Positions 12,801 through 27,800 of a stretch of DNA of 64,000 nucleotides are shown here, in pieces. The notes beneath the pieces are model-generated. The model ran no database searches. It was given only the letters and a program-made list of their open reading frames with translations, and was not told the DNA's origin. The stretch is from the human T2T-CHM13v2.0 reference genome, Homo sapiens, in assembly GCF_009914755.1 (NCBI RefSeq), contig NC_060927.1. One strand, written 5' to 3'. A program made the translations under genes and the position numbers. Each line of letters opens with the position of its first letter. The stretch's first letter is position 1.

Positions 12801-15800
12801 TACTTGCAGATTCTACAAAAAGAGTGTTTCATAAACTGGTCTATCAAAAGAAAGGTTAAACTCAGTGAGTTGAACCCACACATCACAAAGTAGCTTCTGA
12901 GAATCATTCTGTCTAGTCCTCCTACGAAGATATTGCCTTTTCTACCATAGGCCTCAAACGGCGCTAAATATCCACCTGGAAATTCTACAAAAACTGAGTT
13001 TCTAAGGTGCTCTATTGAAAGGAAGCTTCAACTCTGTGAGTTGAAGGTACACATCACAAAGAAGTTTCTGAGAATTCTTCTGTCTAGTTGTAAATGAAGA
13101 AATCACGTTTCAAACGAAGGCCACAAAGAGGTCCAAATATCCACCTGCAGATTCTACAAAAAGAGTGTTTCCAAACTGCTCCATCAAGAGGAATGTTCAA
13201 CTCTGTGCGTTGAATGCAAATATCACAAATAAGTTTCTGACAATACTTCTGTCTAGTTTTTATGTGAAGATATTTCCTTTCCTACTGTAGGCCTCAAAAC
13301 GCTCTAAATAAACACTTGCAAACTCCACAAAAAGAGTGTTTCCAAACTGCTCTATCAAACGAAGTTTAAACTCTGTCAGCTGAATGCAAGCATCACAAAA
13401 CAGCTTCGGAGAATGAATCTGCCTTGTTTTTCTGTGAAGATATTTCTTTTTCTGCCATAGACCTCAAACCGCTGTAAAAATCCACTTGGAAATTCTACAA
13501 AAAGAGGATGTCAAAACTCTTCTATCGAAAGGAAGTTTCAATTCCATGAGTTAAATGCACATATCACAAATAATTTTCTGAGGATTCTTCTTTCAAGTTT
13601 TATATGAAGAAATCCCGTTTCCAAACATGGCCTCAGAAAAGTCCCAATATACACTTGCAGATTCTACAGAAAGAGTTTTTCAAAACTGCTCTATCAACAG
13701 AAAGGTTAAACTCTGTGAGTTGAAGGCACACATCACAAAGTAGTTTCTGAGAATCATTCTGTCTAGTTTTTCTATGAAGATATTGCCTTTTCCACCATAG
13801 GCCTCAAACGGCGCTAAATATCCACTTGGAAATTCTACAAAAATAGGGTTACAAAACTGCTCTATCGAAAGGAAGCTTCAACTCTGCGAGTTGAAGCACA
13901 CATCACAAAGAAGTTTATGAGAATTCTTCTGTCTACTTTTGTATGAAGCAGTCACGTTTCAAACGAAGGCCACAAAGACGTCCAAATATCCACTTGGAGA
14001 TTCAACAAAAAGAGTTTTACAAAACTGCTCCATCAAGAGGAATATTCAACTCTGAGAGTTGAAGGCAGGTATCACAAAGTAGTTTCCGACAATGCTTCTA
14101 TCAAGATTTTATGTGAAGACATTCCCTTTTGTACCACAGGCCTGAAAGCACTCTAAAGATAGAATAGCAAATTCCACAAAAAGAGGGTTTAAAACCGCTC
14201 TATCCAACGAAAGGTTAAACTCTGTCAGCTGAATGCGCACATCTCAGAGTAGCTTCAGAGAACAATTATGTCTAGTCTTTCTGGGAAGATATTTTCTCTT
14301 CTACATAGGCCTGAAACCGCTCTAAATATTCACTTGGAAATTCTACAAAAAGAATACTTCAACACTCTTCCATCAAAAGGAAGGTTGAACTCTGAGAGTT
14401 AAACGCACACATCACAGAGAAGTTTCTGAGAATTCTTCTGTCAAGGTTTATATGAAGAAACCCCGTTTCCTATGAAGGCCTCAAAAAAGTCCAAAGATTT
14501 ACTTGCAGATTCTACAAAAAGAGTGTTTCATAAACTGGTCTATCAAAAGAAAGTTTAAACTCAGTGAGTTGAACCCACACATCACAAAGTAGCTTCTGAG
14601 AATCATTCTGTCTAGTCCTCCTATGAAGATATTGCCTTTTCTACCATAGGCCTCAAACGGCGCTAAATATCCACCTGGAAATTCTACAAAAACTGAGTTT
14701 CTAAGGTGCTCTATTGAAAGGAAGCTTCAACTCTGTGAGTTGAAGGTACACATCACAAAGAAGTTTCTGAGAATTCTTCTGTCTAGTTGTAAATGAAGAA
14801 ATCACGTTTCAAACGAAGGCCACAAAGAGGTCCAAATATCCACCTGCAGATTCTACAAAAAGAGTGTTTCCAAACTGCTCCATCAAGAGGAATGTTCAAC
14901 TCGGTGCGTTGAATGCAAATATCACAAATAAGTTTCTGACAATACTTCTGTCTAGTTTTTATGTGAAGATATTTCCTTTCCTACTGTAGGCCTCAAAACG
15001 CTCTAAATAAACACTTGCAAACTCCACAAAAAGAGTGTTTCCAAACTGCTCTATCAAAGGAAGTTTAAACTCTGTCAGCTGAATGCAAGCATCACAAAAC
15101 AGCTTCGGAGAATGAATCTGCCTAGTTTTTCTGTGAAGATATTTCTTTTTCTGCCATAGACCTCAAACCGCTGTAAAAATCCACTTGGAAATTCTACAAA
15201 AAGAGGATGTCAAAACTCTTCTATCGAAAGGAAGTTTCAACTCCATGAGTTAAATGCAGATATCACAAATAATTTTCTGAGGATTCTTCTTTCAAGTTTT
15301 ATATGAAGAAATCCCGTTTCCAAACATGGCCTCAGAAAAGCCCCACTATACACTTGCAGATTCTACAGAAAGAGTTTTTCAAAACTGCTCTATCAAAAGG
15401 AAGGTTAAACTCTGTGAGTTGAAGGCACACATCACAAATTAGTTTCTGAGAATCATTCTGTCTAGTTTCTCTATGAAGATATTGCCTTTTCCACCATAGG
15501 CCTCAAACGGCGCTAAATATCCACTTGGAAATTCTACAAAAAGAGGGTTACAAAACTGCTCTATCGAAAGGAAGCTTCAACTCTGCGAGTTGAAAGCACA
15601 CATCACGAAGAAGTTTATGAGAATTCTTCTGTCTACTTTTGTATGAAGCAGTCACATTTCAAACGAAGGCCACAAAGAGGTCCAAATATCCACTTGGAGA
15701 TTCAACAAAAAGAGTTTTTCAAAACTGCTCCATCAAGAGGAATATTCAACTCTGAGAGTTGAAGGCAGGTATCACAAAGTAGTTTCCGACAATGCTTCTG

Positions 15801-18800
15801 TCTAGATTTTATGTGAAGACATTCCCTTTTGTACCAGAGGCCTGAAAGCACTCTAAAGATAGAATAGCAAATTCCACAAAAAGAGGGTTTAAAACCGCTC
15901 TATCCAACGAAAGGTTAAACTCTGTCAGCTGAATGCGCACATCACAGAGTAGCTTCAGAGAACAATTATGTCTAGTCTTTCTGGGAAGATATTTTCTCTT
16001 CTACATAGGCCTGAAACCGCTCTAAATACTCACTTGGAAATTCTACAAAAAGAATACTTCAACACTCTTCCATCAAAAGGAAGGTTGAACTCTGAGAGTT
16101 AAACGCACACATCACAGAGAAGTTTCTGAGAATTCTTCTGTCAAGGTTTATATGAAGAAACCCCGTTTCCAATGAAGGCCTCAAAAAAGTCCAAAGATTT
16201 ACTTGCAGATTCTACAAAAAGAGTGTTTCATAAACTGGTCTATCAAAAGAAAGGTTAAACTCAGTGAGTTGAACCCACACATCACAAAGTAGCTTCTGAG
16301 AATCATTCTGTCTAGTCCTCCTACGAAGATATTGCCTTTTCTACCATAGGCCTCAAACGGCGCTAAATATCCACCTGGAAATTCTACAAAAACTGAGTTT
16401 CTAAGGTGCTCTATTGAAAGGAAGCTTCAACTCTGTGAGTTGAAGGTACACATCACAAAGAAGTTTCTGAGAATTCTTCTGTCTAGTTGTAAATGAAGAA
16501 ATCACGTTTCAAACGAAGGCCACAAAGAGGTCCAAATATCCACCTGCAGATTCTACAAAAAGAGTGTTTCCAAACTGCTCCATCAAGAGGAATGTTCAAC
16601 TCTGTGCGTTGAATGCAAATATCACAAATAAGTTTCTGACAATACTTCTGTCTAGTTTTTATGTGAAGATATTTCCTTTCCTACTGTAGGCCTCAAAACG
16701 CTCTAAATAAACACTTGCAAACTCCACAAAAAGAGTGTTTCCAAACTGCTCTATCAAACGAAGTTTAAACTCTGTCAGCTGAATGCAAGCATCACAAAAC
16801 AGCTTCGGAGAATGAATCTGCCTTGTTTTTCTGTGAAGATATTTCTTTTTCTGCCATAGACCTCAAACCGCTGTAAAAATCCACTTGGAAATTCTACAAA
16901 AAGAGGATGTCAAAACTCTTCTATCGAAAGGAAGTTTCAATTCCATGAGTTAAATGCACATATCACAAATAATTTTCTGAGGATTCTTCTTTCAAGTTTT
17001 ATATGAAGAAATCCCGTTTCCAAACATGGCCTCAGAAAAGTCCCAATATACACTTGCAGATTCTACAGAAAGAGTTTTTCAAAACTGCTCTATCAACAGA
17101 AAGGTTAAACTCTGTGAGTTGAAGGCACACATCACAAAGTAGTTTCTGAGAATCATTCTGTCTAGTTTTTCTATGAAGATATTGCCTTTTCCACCATAGG
17201 CCTCAAACGGCGCTAAATATCCACTTGGAAATTCTACAAAAATAGGGTTACAAAACTGCTCTATCGAAAGGAAGCTTCAACTCTGCGAGTTGAAGCACAC
17301 ATCACAAAGAAGTTTATGAGAATTCTTCTGTCTACTTTTGTATGAAGCAGTCACGTTTCAAACGAAGGCCACAAAGACGTCCAAATATCCACTTGGAGAT
17401 TCAACAAAAAGAGTTTTACAAAACTGCTCCATCAAGAGGAATATTCAACTCTGAGAGTTGAAGGCAGGTATCACAAAGTAGTTTCCGACAATGCTTCTAT
17501 CAAGATTTTATGTGAAGACATTCCCTTTTGTACCACAGGCCTGAAAGCACTCTAAAGATAGAATAGCAAATTCCACAAAAAGAGGGTTTAAAACCGCTCT
17601 ATCCAACGAAAGGTTAAACTCTGTCAGCTGAATGCGCACATCTCAGAGTAGCTTCAGAGAACAATTATGTCTAGTCTTTCTGGGAAGATATTTTCTCTTC
17701 TACATAGGCCTGAAACCGCTCTAAATATTCACTTGGAAATTCTACAAAAAGAATACTTCAACACTCTTCCATCAAAAGGAAGGTTGAACTCTGAGAGTTA
17801 AACGCACACATCACAGAGAAGTTTCTGAGAATTCTTCTGTCAAGGTTTATATGAAGAAACCCCGTTTCCAATGAAGGCCTCAAAAAAGTCCAAAGATTTA
17901 CTTGCAGATTCTACAAAAAGAGTGTTTCATAAACTGGTCTATCAAAAGAAAGTTTAAACTCAGTGAGTTGAACCCACACATCACAAAGTAGCTTCTGAGA
18001 ATCATTCTGTCTAGTCCTCCTATGAAGATATTGCCTTTTCTACCATAGGCCTCAAACGGCGCTAAATATCCACCTGGAAATTCTACAAAAACTGAGTTTC
18101 TAAGGTGCTCTATTGAAAGGAAGCTTCAACTCTGTGAGTTGAAGGTACACATCACAAAGAAGTTTCTGAGAATTCTTCTGTCTAGTTGTAAATGAAGAAA
18201 TCACGTTTCAAACGAAGGCCACAAAGAGGTCCAAATATCCACCTGCAGATTCTACAAAAAGAGTGTTTCCAAACTGCTCCATCAAGAGGAATGTTCAACT
18301 CGGTGCGTTGAATGCAAATATCACAAATAAGTTTCTGACAATACTTCTGTCTAGTTTTTATGTGAAGATATTTCCTTTCCTACTGTAGGCCTCAAAACGC
18401 TCTAAATAAACACTTGCAAACTCCACAAAAAGAGTGTTTCCAAACTGCTCTATCAAAGGAAGTTTAAACTCTGTCAGCTGAATGCAAGCATCACAAAACA
18501 GCTTCGGAGAATGAATCTGCCTAGTTTTTCTGTGAAGATATTTCTTTTTCTGCCATAGACCTCAAACCGCTGTAAAAATCCACTTGGAAATTCTACAAAA
18601 AGAGGATGTCAAAACTCTTCTATCGAAAGGAAGTTTCAACTCCATGAGTTAAATGCAGATATCACAAATAATTTTCTGAGGATTCTTCTTTCAAGTTTTA
18701 TATGAAGAAATCCCGTTTCCAAACATGGCCTCAGAAAAGCCCCACTATACACTTGCAGATTCTACAGAAAGAGTTTTTCAAAACTGCTCTATCAAAAGGA

Positions 18801-21800
18801 AGGTTAAACTCTGTGAGTTGAAGGCACACATCACAAATTAGTTTCTGAGAATCATTCTGTCTAGTTTCTCTATGAAGATATTGCCTTTTCCACCATAGGC
18901 CTCAAACGGCGCTAAATATCCACTTGGAAATTCTACAAAAAGAGGGTTACAAAACTGCTCTATCGAAAGGAAGCTTCAACTCTGCGAGTTGAAAGCACAC
19001 ATCACGAAGAAGTTTATGAGAATTCTTCTGTCTACTTTTGTATGAAGCAGTCACATTTCAAACGAAGGCCACAAAGAGGTCCAAATATCCACTTGGAGAT
19101 TCAACAAAAAGAGTTTTTCAAAACTGCTCCATCAAGAGGAATATTCAACTCTGAGAGTTGAAGGCAGGTATCACAAAGTAGTTTCCGACAATGCTTCTGT
19201 CTAGATTTTATGTGAAGACATTCCCTTTTGTACCAGAGGCCTGAAAGCACTCTAAAGATAGAATAGCAAATTCCACAAAAAGAGGGTTTAAAACCGCTCT
19301 ATCCAACGAAAGGTTAAACTCTGTCAGCTGAATGCGCACATCACAGAGTAGCTTCAGAGAACAATTATGTCTAGTCTTTCTGGGAAGATATTTTCTCTTC
19401 TACATAGGCCTGAAACCGCTCTAAATACTCACTTGGAAATTCTACAAAAAGAATACTTCAACACTCTTCCATCAAAAGGAAGGTTGAACTCTGAGAGTTA
19501 AACGCACACATCACAGAGAAGTTTCTGAGAATTCTTCTGTCAAGGTTTATATGAAGAAACCCCGTTTCCAATGAAGGCCTCAAAAAAGTCCAAAGATTTA
19601 CTTGCAGATTCTACAAAAAGAGTGTTTCATAAACTGGTCTATCAAAAGAAAGGTTAAACTCAGTGAGTTGAACCCACACATCACAAAGTAGCTTCTGAGA
19701 ATCATTCTGTCTAGTCCTCCTACGAAGATATTGCCTTTTCTACCATAGGCCTCAAACGGCGCTAAATATCCACCTGGAAATTCTACAAAAACTGAGTTTC
19801 TAAGGTGCTCTATTGAAAGGAAGCTTCAACTCTGTGAGTTGAAGGTACACATCACAAAGAAGTTTCTGAGAATTCTTCTGTCTAGTTGTAAATGAAGAAA
19901 TCACGTTTCAAACGAAGGCCACAAAGAGGTCCAAATATCCACCTGCAGATTCTACAAAAAGAGTGTTTCCAAACTGCTCCATCAAGAGGAATGTTCAACT
20001 CTGTGCGTTGAATGCAAATATCACAAATAAGTTTCTGACAATACTTCTGTCTAGTTTTTATGTGAAGATATTTCCTTTCCTACTGTAGGCCTCAAAACGC
20101 TCTAAATAAACACTTGCAAACTCCACAAAAAGAGTGTTTCCAAACTGCTCTATCAAACGAAGTTTAAACTCTGTCAGCTGAATGCAAGCATCACAAAACA
20201 GCTTCGGAGAATGAATCTGCCTTGTTTTTCTGTGAAGATATTTCTTTTTCTGCCATAGACCTCAAACCGCTGTAAAAATCCACTTGGAAATTCTACAAAA
20301 AGAGGATGTCAAAACTCTTCTATCGAAAGGAAGTTTCAATTCCATGAGTTAAATGCACATATCACAAATAATTTTCTGAGGATTCTTCTTTCAAGTTTTA
20401 TATGAAGAAATCCCGTTTCCAAAGATGGCCTCAGAAAAGTCCCAATATACACTTGCAGATTCTACAAAAAGAGTTTTTCAAAACTGCTCTATCAAAAGGA
20501 AGGTTAAACTCTGTGAGTTGAAGGCACACATCACAGAGTAGTTTCTGAGAATCATTCTGTCTAGTTTTTCTATGAAGATATTGCCTTTTCCACCATAGGC
20601 CTCAAACGGCGCTAAATATCCCCTTGGAAATTCTACAAAAAGAGGGTTACAAAACTGCTCTATCGAAAGGAAGCTTCAACTCTGCGAGTTGAAGCACACA
20701 TCACAAAGAAGTTTATGAGAATTCTTCTGTCTACTTTTGTATGAAGCAGTCACGTTTCAAACGAAGGCCACAAAGACGTCCAAATATCCACTTGGAGATT
20801 CAACAAAAAGAGTTTTACAAAACTGCTCCATCAAGAGGAATATTCAACTCTGAGAGTTGAAGGCAGGTATCACAAAGTAGTTTCCGACAATGCTTCTATC
20901 AAGATTTTATGTGAAGACATTCCCTTTTGTACCACAGGCCTGAAAGCACTCTAAAGATAGAATAGCAAATTCCACAAAAAGAGGGTTTAAAACCGCTCTA
21001 TCCAACGAAAGGTTAAACTCTGTCAGCTGAATGCGCACATCTCAGAGTAGCTTCAGAGAACAATTATGTCTAGTCTTTCTGGGAAGATATTTTCTCTTCT
21101 ACATAGGCCTGAAACCGCTCTAAATATTCACTTGGAAATTCTACAAAAAGAATACTTCAACACTCTTCCATCAAAAGGAAGGTTGAACTCTGAGAGTTAA
21201 ACGGACACATCACAGAGAAGTTTCTGAGAATTCTTCTGTCAAGGTTTATATGAAGAAACCCCGTTTCCAATGAAGGCCTCAAAAAAGTCCAAAGATTTAC
21301 TTGCAGATTCTACAAAAAGAGTGTTTCATAAACTGGTCTATCAAAAGAAAGGTTAAACTCAGTGAGTTGAACCCACACATCACAAAGTAGCTTCTGAGAA
21401 TCATTCTGTCTAGTCCTCCTATGAAGATATTGCCTTTTCTACCATAGGCCTCAAACGGCGCTAAATATCCACCTGGAAATTCTACAAAAACTGAGTTTCT
21501 AAGGTGCTCTATTGAATGGAAGCTTCAACTCTGTGAGTTGAAGGTACACATCACAAAGAAGTTTCTGAGAATTCTTCTGTCTAGTTGTAAATGAAGAAAT
21601 CACGTTTCAAACGAAGGCCACAAAGAGGTCCAAATATCCACCTGCAGATTCTACAAAAAGAGTGTTTCCAAACTGCTCCATCAAGAGGAATGTTCAACTC
21701 GGTGCGTTGAATGCAAATATCACAAATAAGTTTCTGACAATACTTCTGTCTAGTTTTTATGTGAAGATATTTCCTTTCCTACTGTAGGCCTCAAAACGCT

Positions 21801-24800
21801 CTAAATAAACACTTGCAAACTCCACAAAAAGAGTGTTTCCAAACTGCTCTATCAAACGAAGTTTAAACTCTGTCAGCTGAATGCAAGCATCACAAAACAG
21901 CTTCGGAGAATGAATCTGCCTAGTTTTTCTGTGAAGATATTTCTTTTTCTGCCATAGACCTCAAACCGCTGTAAAAATCCACTTGGAAATTCTACAAAAA
22001 GAGGATGTCAAAACTCTTCTATCGAAAGGAAGTTTCAACTCCATGAGTTAAATGCAGATATCACAAATAATTTTCTGAGGATTCTTCTTTCAAGTTTTAT
22101 ATGAAGAAATCCCGTTTCCAAACATGGCCTCAGAAAAGCCCCACTATACACTTGCAGATTCTACAGAAAGAGTTTTTCAAAACTGCTCTATCAAAAGGAA
22201 GGTTAAACTCTGTGAGTTGAAGGCACACATCACAAATTAGTTTCTGAGAATCATTCTGTCTAGTTTCTCTATGAAGATATTGCCTTTTCCACCATAGGCC
22301 TCAAACGGCGCTAAATATCCACTTGGAAATTCTACAAAAAGAGGGTTACAAAACTGCTCTATCGAAAGGAAGCTTCAACTCTGCGAGTTGAAAGCACACA
22401 TCACGAAGAAGTTTATGAGAATTCTTCTGTCTACTTTTGTATGAAGCAGTCACATTTCAAACGAAGGCCACAAAGAGGTCCAAATATCCACTTGGAGATT
22501 CAACAAAAAGAGTTTTTCAAAACTGCTCCATCAAGAGGAATATTCAACTCTGAGAGTTGAAGGCAGGTATCACAAAGTAGTTTCCGACAATGCTTCTGTC
22601 TAGATTTTATGTGAAGACATTCCCTTTTGTACCAGAGGCCTGAAAGCACTCTAAAGATAGAATAGCAAATTCCACAAAAAGAGGGTTTAAAACCGCTCTA
22701 TCCAACGAAAGGTTAAACTCTGTCAGCTGAATGCGCACATCACAGAGTAGCTTCAGAGAACAATTATGTCTAGTCTTTCTGGGAAGATATTTTCTCTTCT
22801 ACATAGGCCTGAAACCGCTCTAAATACTCACTTGGAAATTCTACAAAAAGAATACTTCAACACTCTTCCATCAAAAGGAAGGTTGAACTCTGAGAGTTAA
22901 ACGCACACATCACAGAGAAGTTTCTGAGAATTCTTCTGTCAAGGTTTATATGAAGAAACCCCGTTTCCAATGAAGGCCTCAAAAAAGTCCAAAGATTTAC
23001 TTGCAGATTCTACAAAAAGAGTGTTTCATAAACTGGTCTATCAAAAGAAAGGTTAAACTCAGTGAGTTGAACCCACACATCACAAAGTAGCTTCTGAGAA
23101 TCATTCTGTCTAGTCCTCCTACGAAGATATTGCCTTTTCTACCATAGGCCTCAAACGGCGCTAAATATCCACCTGGAAATTCTACAAAAACTGAGTTTCT
23201 AAGGTGCTCTATTGAAAGGAAGCTTCAACTCTGTGAGTTGAAGGTACACATCACAAAGAAGTTTCTGAGAATTCTTCTGTCTAGTTGTAAATGAAGAAAT
23301 CACGTTTCAAACGAAGGCCACAAAGAGGTCCAAATATCCACCTGCAGATTCTACAAAAAGAGTGTTTCCAAACTGCTCCATCAAGAGGAATGTTCAACTC
23401 TGTGCGTTGAATGCAAATATCACAAATAAGTTTCTGACAATACTTCTGTCTAGTTTTTATGTGAAGATATTTCCTTTCCTACTGTAGGCCTCAAAACGCT
23501 CTAAATAAACACTTGCAAACTCCACAAAAAGAGTGTTTCCAAACTGCTCTATCAAACGAAGTTTAAACTCTGTCAGCTGAATGCAAGCATCACAAAACAG
23601 CTTCGGAGAATGAATCTGCCTAGTTTTTCTGTGAAGATATTTCTTTTTCTGCCATAGACCTCAAACCGCTGTAAAAATCCACTTGGAAATTCTACAAAAA
23701 GAGGATGTCAAAACTCTTCTATCGAAAGGAAGTTTCAATTCCATGAGTTAAATGCACATATCACAAATAATTTTCTGAGGATTCTTCTTTCAAGTTTTAT
23801 ATGAAGAAATCCCGTTTCCAAACATGGCCTCAGAAAAGTCCCAATATACACTTGCAGATTCTACAGAAAGAGTTTTTCAAAACTGCTCTATCAACAGAAA
23901 GGTTAAACTCTGTGAGTTGAAGGCACACATCACAAAGTAGTTTCTGAGAATCATTCTGTCTAGTTTTTCTATGAAGATATTGCCTTTTCCACCATAGGCC
24001 TCAAACGGCGCTAAATATCCACTTGGAAATTCTACAAAAATAGGGTTACAAAACTGCTCTATCGAAAGGAAGCTTCAACTCTGCGAGTTGAAGCACACAT
24101 CACAAAGAAGTTTATGAGAATTCTTCTGTCTACTTTTGTATGAAGCAGTCACGTTTCAAACGAAGGCCACAAAGACGTCCAAATATCCACTTGGAGATTC
24201 AACAAAAAGAGTTTTACAAAACTGCTCCATCAAGAGGAATATTCAACTCTGAGAGTTGAAGGCAGGTATCACAAAGTAGTTTCCGACAATGCTTCTATCA
24301 AGATTTTATGTGAAGACATTCCCTTTTGTACCACAGGCCTGAAAGCACTCTAAAGATAGAATAGCAAATTCCACAAAAAGAGGGTTTAAAACCGCTCTAT
24401 CCAACGAAAGGTTAAACTCTGTCAGCTGAATGCGCACATCTCAGAGTAGCTTCAGAGAACAATTATGTCTAGTCTTTCTGGGAAGATATTTTCTCTTCTA
24501 CATAGGCCTGAAACCGCTCTAAATATTCACTTGGAAATTCTACAAAAAGAATACTTCAACACTCTTCCATCAAAAGGAAGGTTGAACTCTGAGAGTTAAA
24601 CGCACACATCACAGAGAAGTTTCTGAGAATTCTTCTGTCAAGGTTTATATGAAGAAACCCCGTTTCCAATGAAGGCCTCAAAAAAGTCCAAAGATTTACT
24701 TGCAGATTCTACAAAAAGAGTGTTTCATAAACTGGTCTATCAAAAGAAAGTTTAAACTCAGTGAGTTGAACCCACACATCACAAAGTAGCTTCTGAGAAT

Positions 24801-27800
24801 CATTCTGTCTAGTCCTCCTATGAAGATATTGCCTTTTCTACCATAGGCCTCAAACGGCGCTAAATATCCACCTGGAAATTCTACAAAAACTGAGTTTCTA
24901 AGGTGCTCTATTGAAAGGAAGCTTCAACTCTGTGAGTTGAAGGTACACATCACAAAGAAGTTTCTGAGAATTCTTCTGTCTAGTTGTAAATGAAGAAATC
25001 ACGTTTCAAACGAAGGCCACAAAGAGGTCCAAATATCCACCTGCAGATTCTACAAAAAGAGTGTTTCCAAACTGCTCCATCAAGAGGAATGTTCAACTCG
25101 GTGCGTTGAATGCAAATATCACAAATAAGTTTCTGACAATACTTCTGTCTAGTTTTTATGTGAAGATATTTCCTTTCCTACTGTAGGCCTCAAAACGCTC
25201 TAAATAAACACTTGCAAACTCCACAAAAAGAGTGTTTCCAAACTGCTCTATCAAAGGAAGTTTAAACTCTGTCAGCTGAATGCAAGCATCACAAAACAGC
25301 TTCGGAGAATGAATCTGCCTAGTTTTTCTGTGAAGATATTTCTTTTTCTGCCATAGACCTCAAACCGCTGTAAAAATCCACTTGGAAATTCTACAAAAAG
25401 AGGATGTCAAAACTCTTCTATCGAAAGGAAGTTTCAACTCCATGAGTTAAATGCAGATATCACAAATAATTTTCTGAGGATTCTTCTTTCAAGTTTTATA
25501 TGAAGAAATCCCGTTTCCAAACATGGCCTCAGAAAAGCCCCACTATACACTTGCAGATTCTACAGAAAGAGTTTTTCAAAACTGCTCTATCAAAAGGAAG
25601 GTTAAACTCTGTGAGTTGAAGGCACACATCACAAATTAGTTTCTGAGAATCATTCTGTCTAGTTTCTCTATGAAGATATTGCCTTTTCCACCATAGGCCT
25701 CAAACGGCGCTAAATATCCACTTGGAAATTCTACAAAAAGAGGGTTACAAAACTGCTCTATCGAAAGGAAGCTTCAACTCTGCGAGTTGAAAGCACACAT
25801 CACGAAGAAGTTTATGAGAATTCTTCTGTCTACTTTTGTATGAAGCAGTCACATTTCAAACGAAGGCCACAAAGAGGTCCAAATATCCACTTGGAGATTC
25901 AACAAAAAGAGTTTTTCAAAACTGCTCCATCAAGAGGAATATTCAACTCTGAGAGTTGAAGGCAGGTATCACAAAGTAGTTTCCGACAATGCTTCTGTCT
26001 AGATTTTATGTGAAGACATTCCCTTTTGTACCAGAGGCCTGAAAGCACTCTAAAGATAGAATAGCAAATTCCACAAAAAGAGGGTTTAAAACCGCTCTAT
26101 CCAACGAAAGGTTAAACTCTGTCAGCTGAATGCGCACATCACAGAGTAGCTTCAGAGAACAATTATGTCTAGTCTTTCTGGGAAGATATTTTCTCTTCTA
26201 CATAGGCCTGAAACCGCTCTAAATACTCACTTGGAAATTCTACAAAAAGAATACTTCAACACTCTTCCATCAAAAGGAAGGTTGAACTCTGAGAGTTAAA
26301 CGCACACATCACAGAGAAGTTTCTGAGAATTCTTCTGTCAAGGTTTATATGAAGAAACCCCGTTTCCAATGAAGGCCTCAAAAAAGTCCAAAGATTTACT
26401 TGCAGATTCTACAAAAAGAGTGTTTCATAAACTGGTCTATCAAAAGAAAGGTTAAACTCAGTGAGTTGAACCCACACATCACAAAGTAGCTTCTGAGAAT
26501 CATTCTGTCTAGTCCTCCTACGAAGATATTGCCTTTTCTACCATAGGCCTCAAACGGCGCTAAATATCCACCTGGAAATTCTACAAAAACTGAGTTTCTA
26601 AGGTGCTCTATTGAAAGGAAGCTTCAACTCTGTGAGTTGAAGGTACACATCACAAAGAAGTTTCTGAGAATTCTTCTGTCTAGTTGTAAATGAAGAAATC
26701 ACGTTTCAAACGAAGGCCACAAAGAGGTCCAAATATCCACCTGCAGATTCTACAAAAAGAGTGTTTCCAAACTGCTCCATCAAGAGGAATGTTCAACTCT
26801 GTGCGTTGAATGCAAATATCACAAATAAGTTTCTGACAATACTTCTGTCTAGTTTTTATGTGAAGATATTTCCTTTCCTACTGTAGGCCTCAAAACGCTC
26901 TAAATAAACACTTGCAAACTCCACAAAAAGAGTGTTTCCAAACTGCTCTATCAAACGAAGTTTAAACTCTGTCAGCTGAATGCAAGCATCACAAAACAGC
27001 TTCGGAGAATGAATCTGCCTTGTTTTTCTGTGAAGATATTTCTTTTTCTGCCATAGACCTCAAACCGCTGTAAAAATCCACTTGGAAATTCTACAAAAAG
27101 AGGATGTCAAAACTCTTCTATCGAAAGGAAGTTTCAATTCCATGAGTTAAATGCACATATCACAAATAATTTTCTGAGGATTCTTCTTTCAAGTTTTATA
27201 TGAAGAAATCCCGTTTCCAAACATGGCCTCAGAAAAGTCCCAATATACACTTGCAGATTCTACAGAAAGAGTTTTTCAAAACTGCTCTATCAACAGAAAG
27301 GTTAAACTCTGTGAGTTGAAGGCACACATCACAAAGTAGTTTCTGAGAATCATTCTGTCTAGTTTTTCTATGAAGATATTGCCTTTTCCACCATAGGCCT
27401 CAAACGGCGCTAAATATCCACTTGGAAATTCTACAAAAATAGGGTTACAAAACTGCTCTATCGAAAGGAAGCTTCAACTCTGCGAGTTGAAGCACACATC
27501 ACAAAGAAGTTTATGAGAATTCTTCTGTCTACTTTTGTATGAAGCAGTCACGTTTCAAACGAAGGCCACAAAGACGTCCAAATATCCACTTGGAGATTCA
27601 ACAAAAAGAGTTTTACAAAACTGCTCCATCAAGAGGAATATTCAACTCTGAGAGTTGAAGGCAGGTATCACAAAGTAGTTTCCGACAATGCTTCTATCAA
27701 GATTTTATGTGAAGACATTCCCTTTTGTACCACAGGCCTGAAAGCACTCTAAAGATAGAATAGCAAATTCCACAAAAAGAGGGTTTAAAACCGCTCTATC

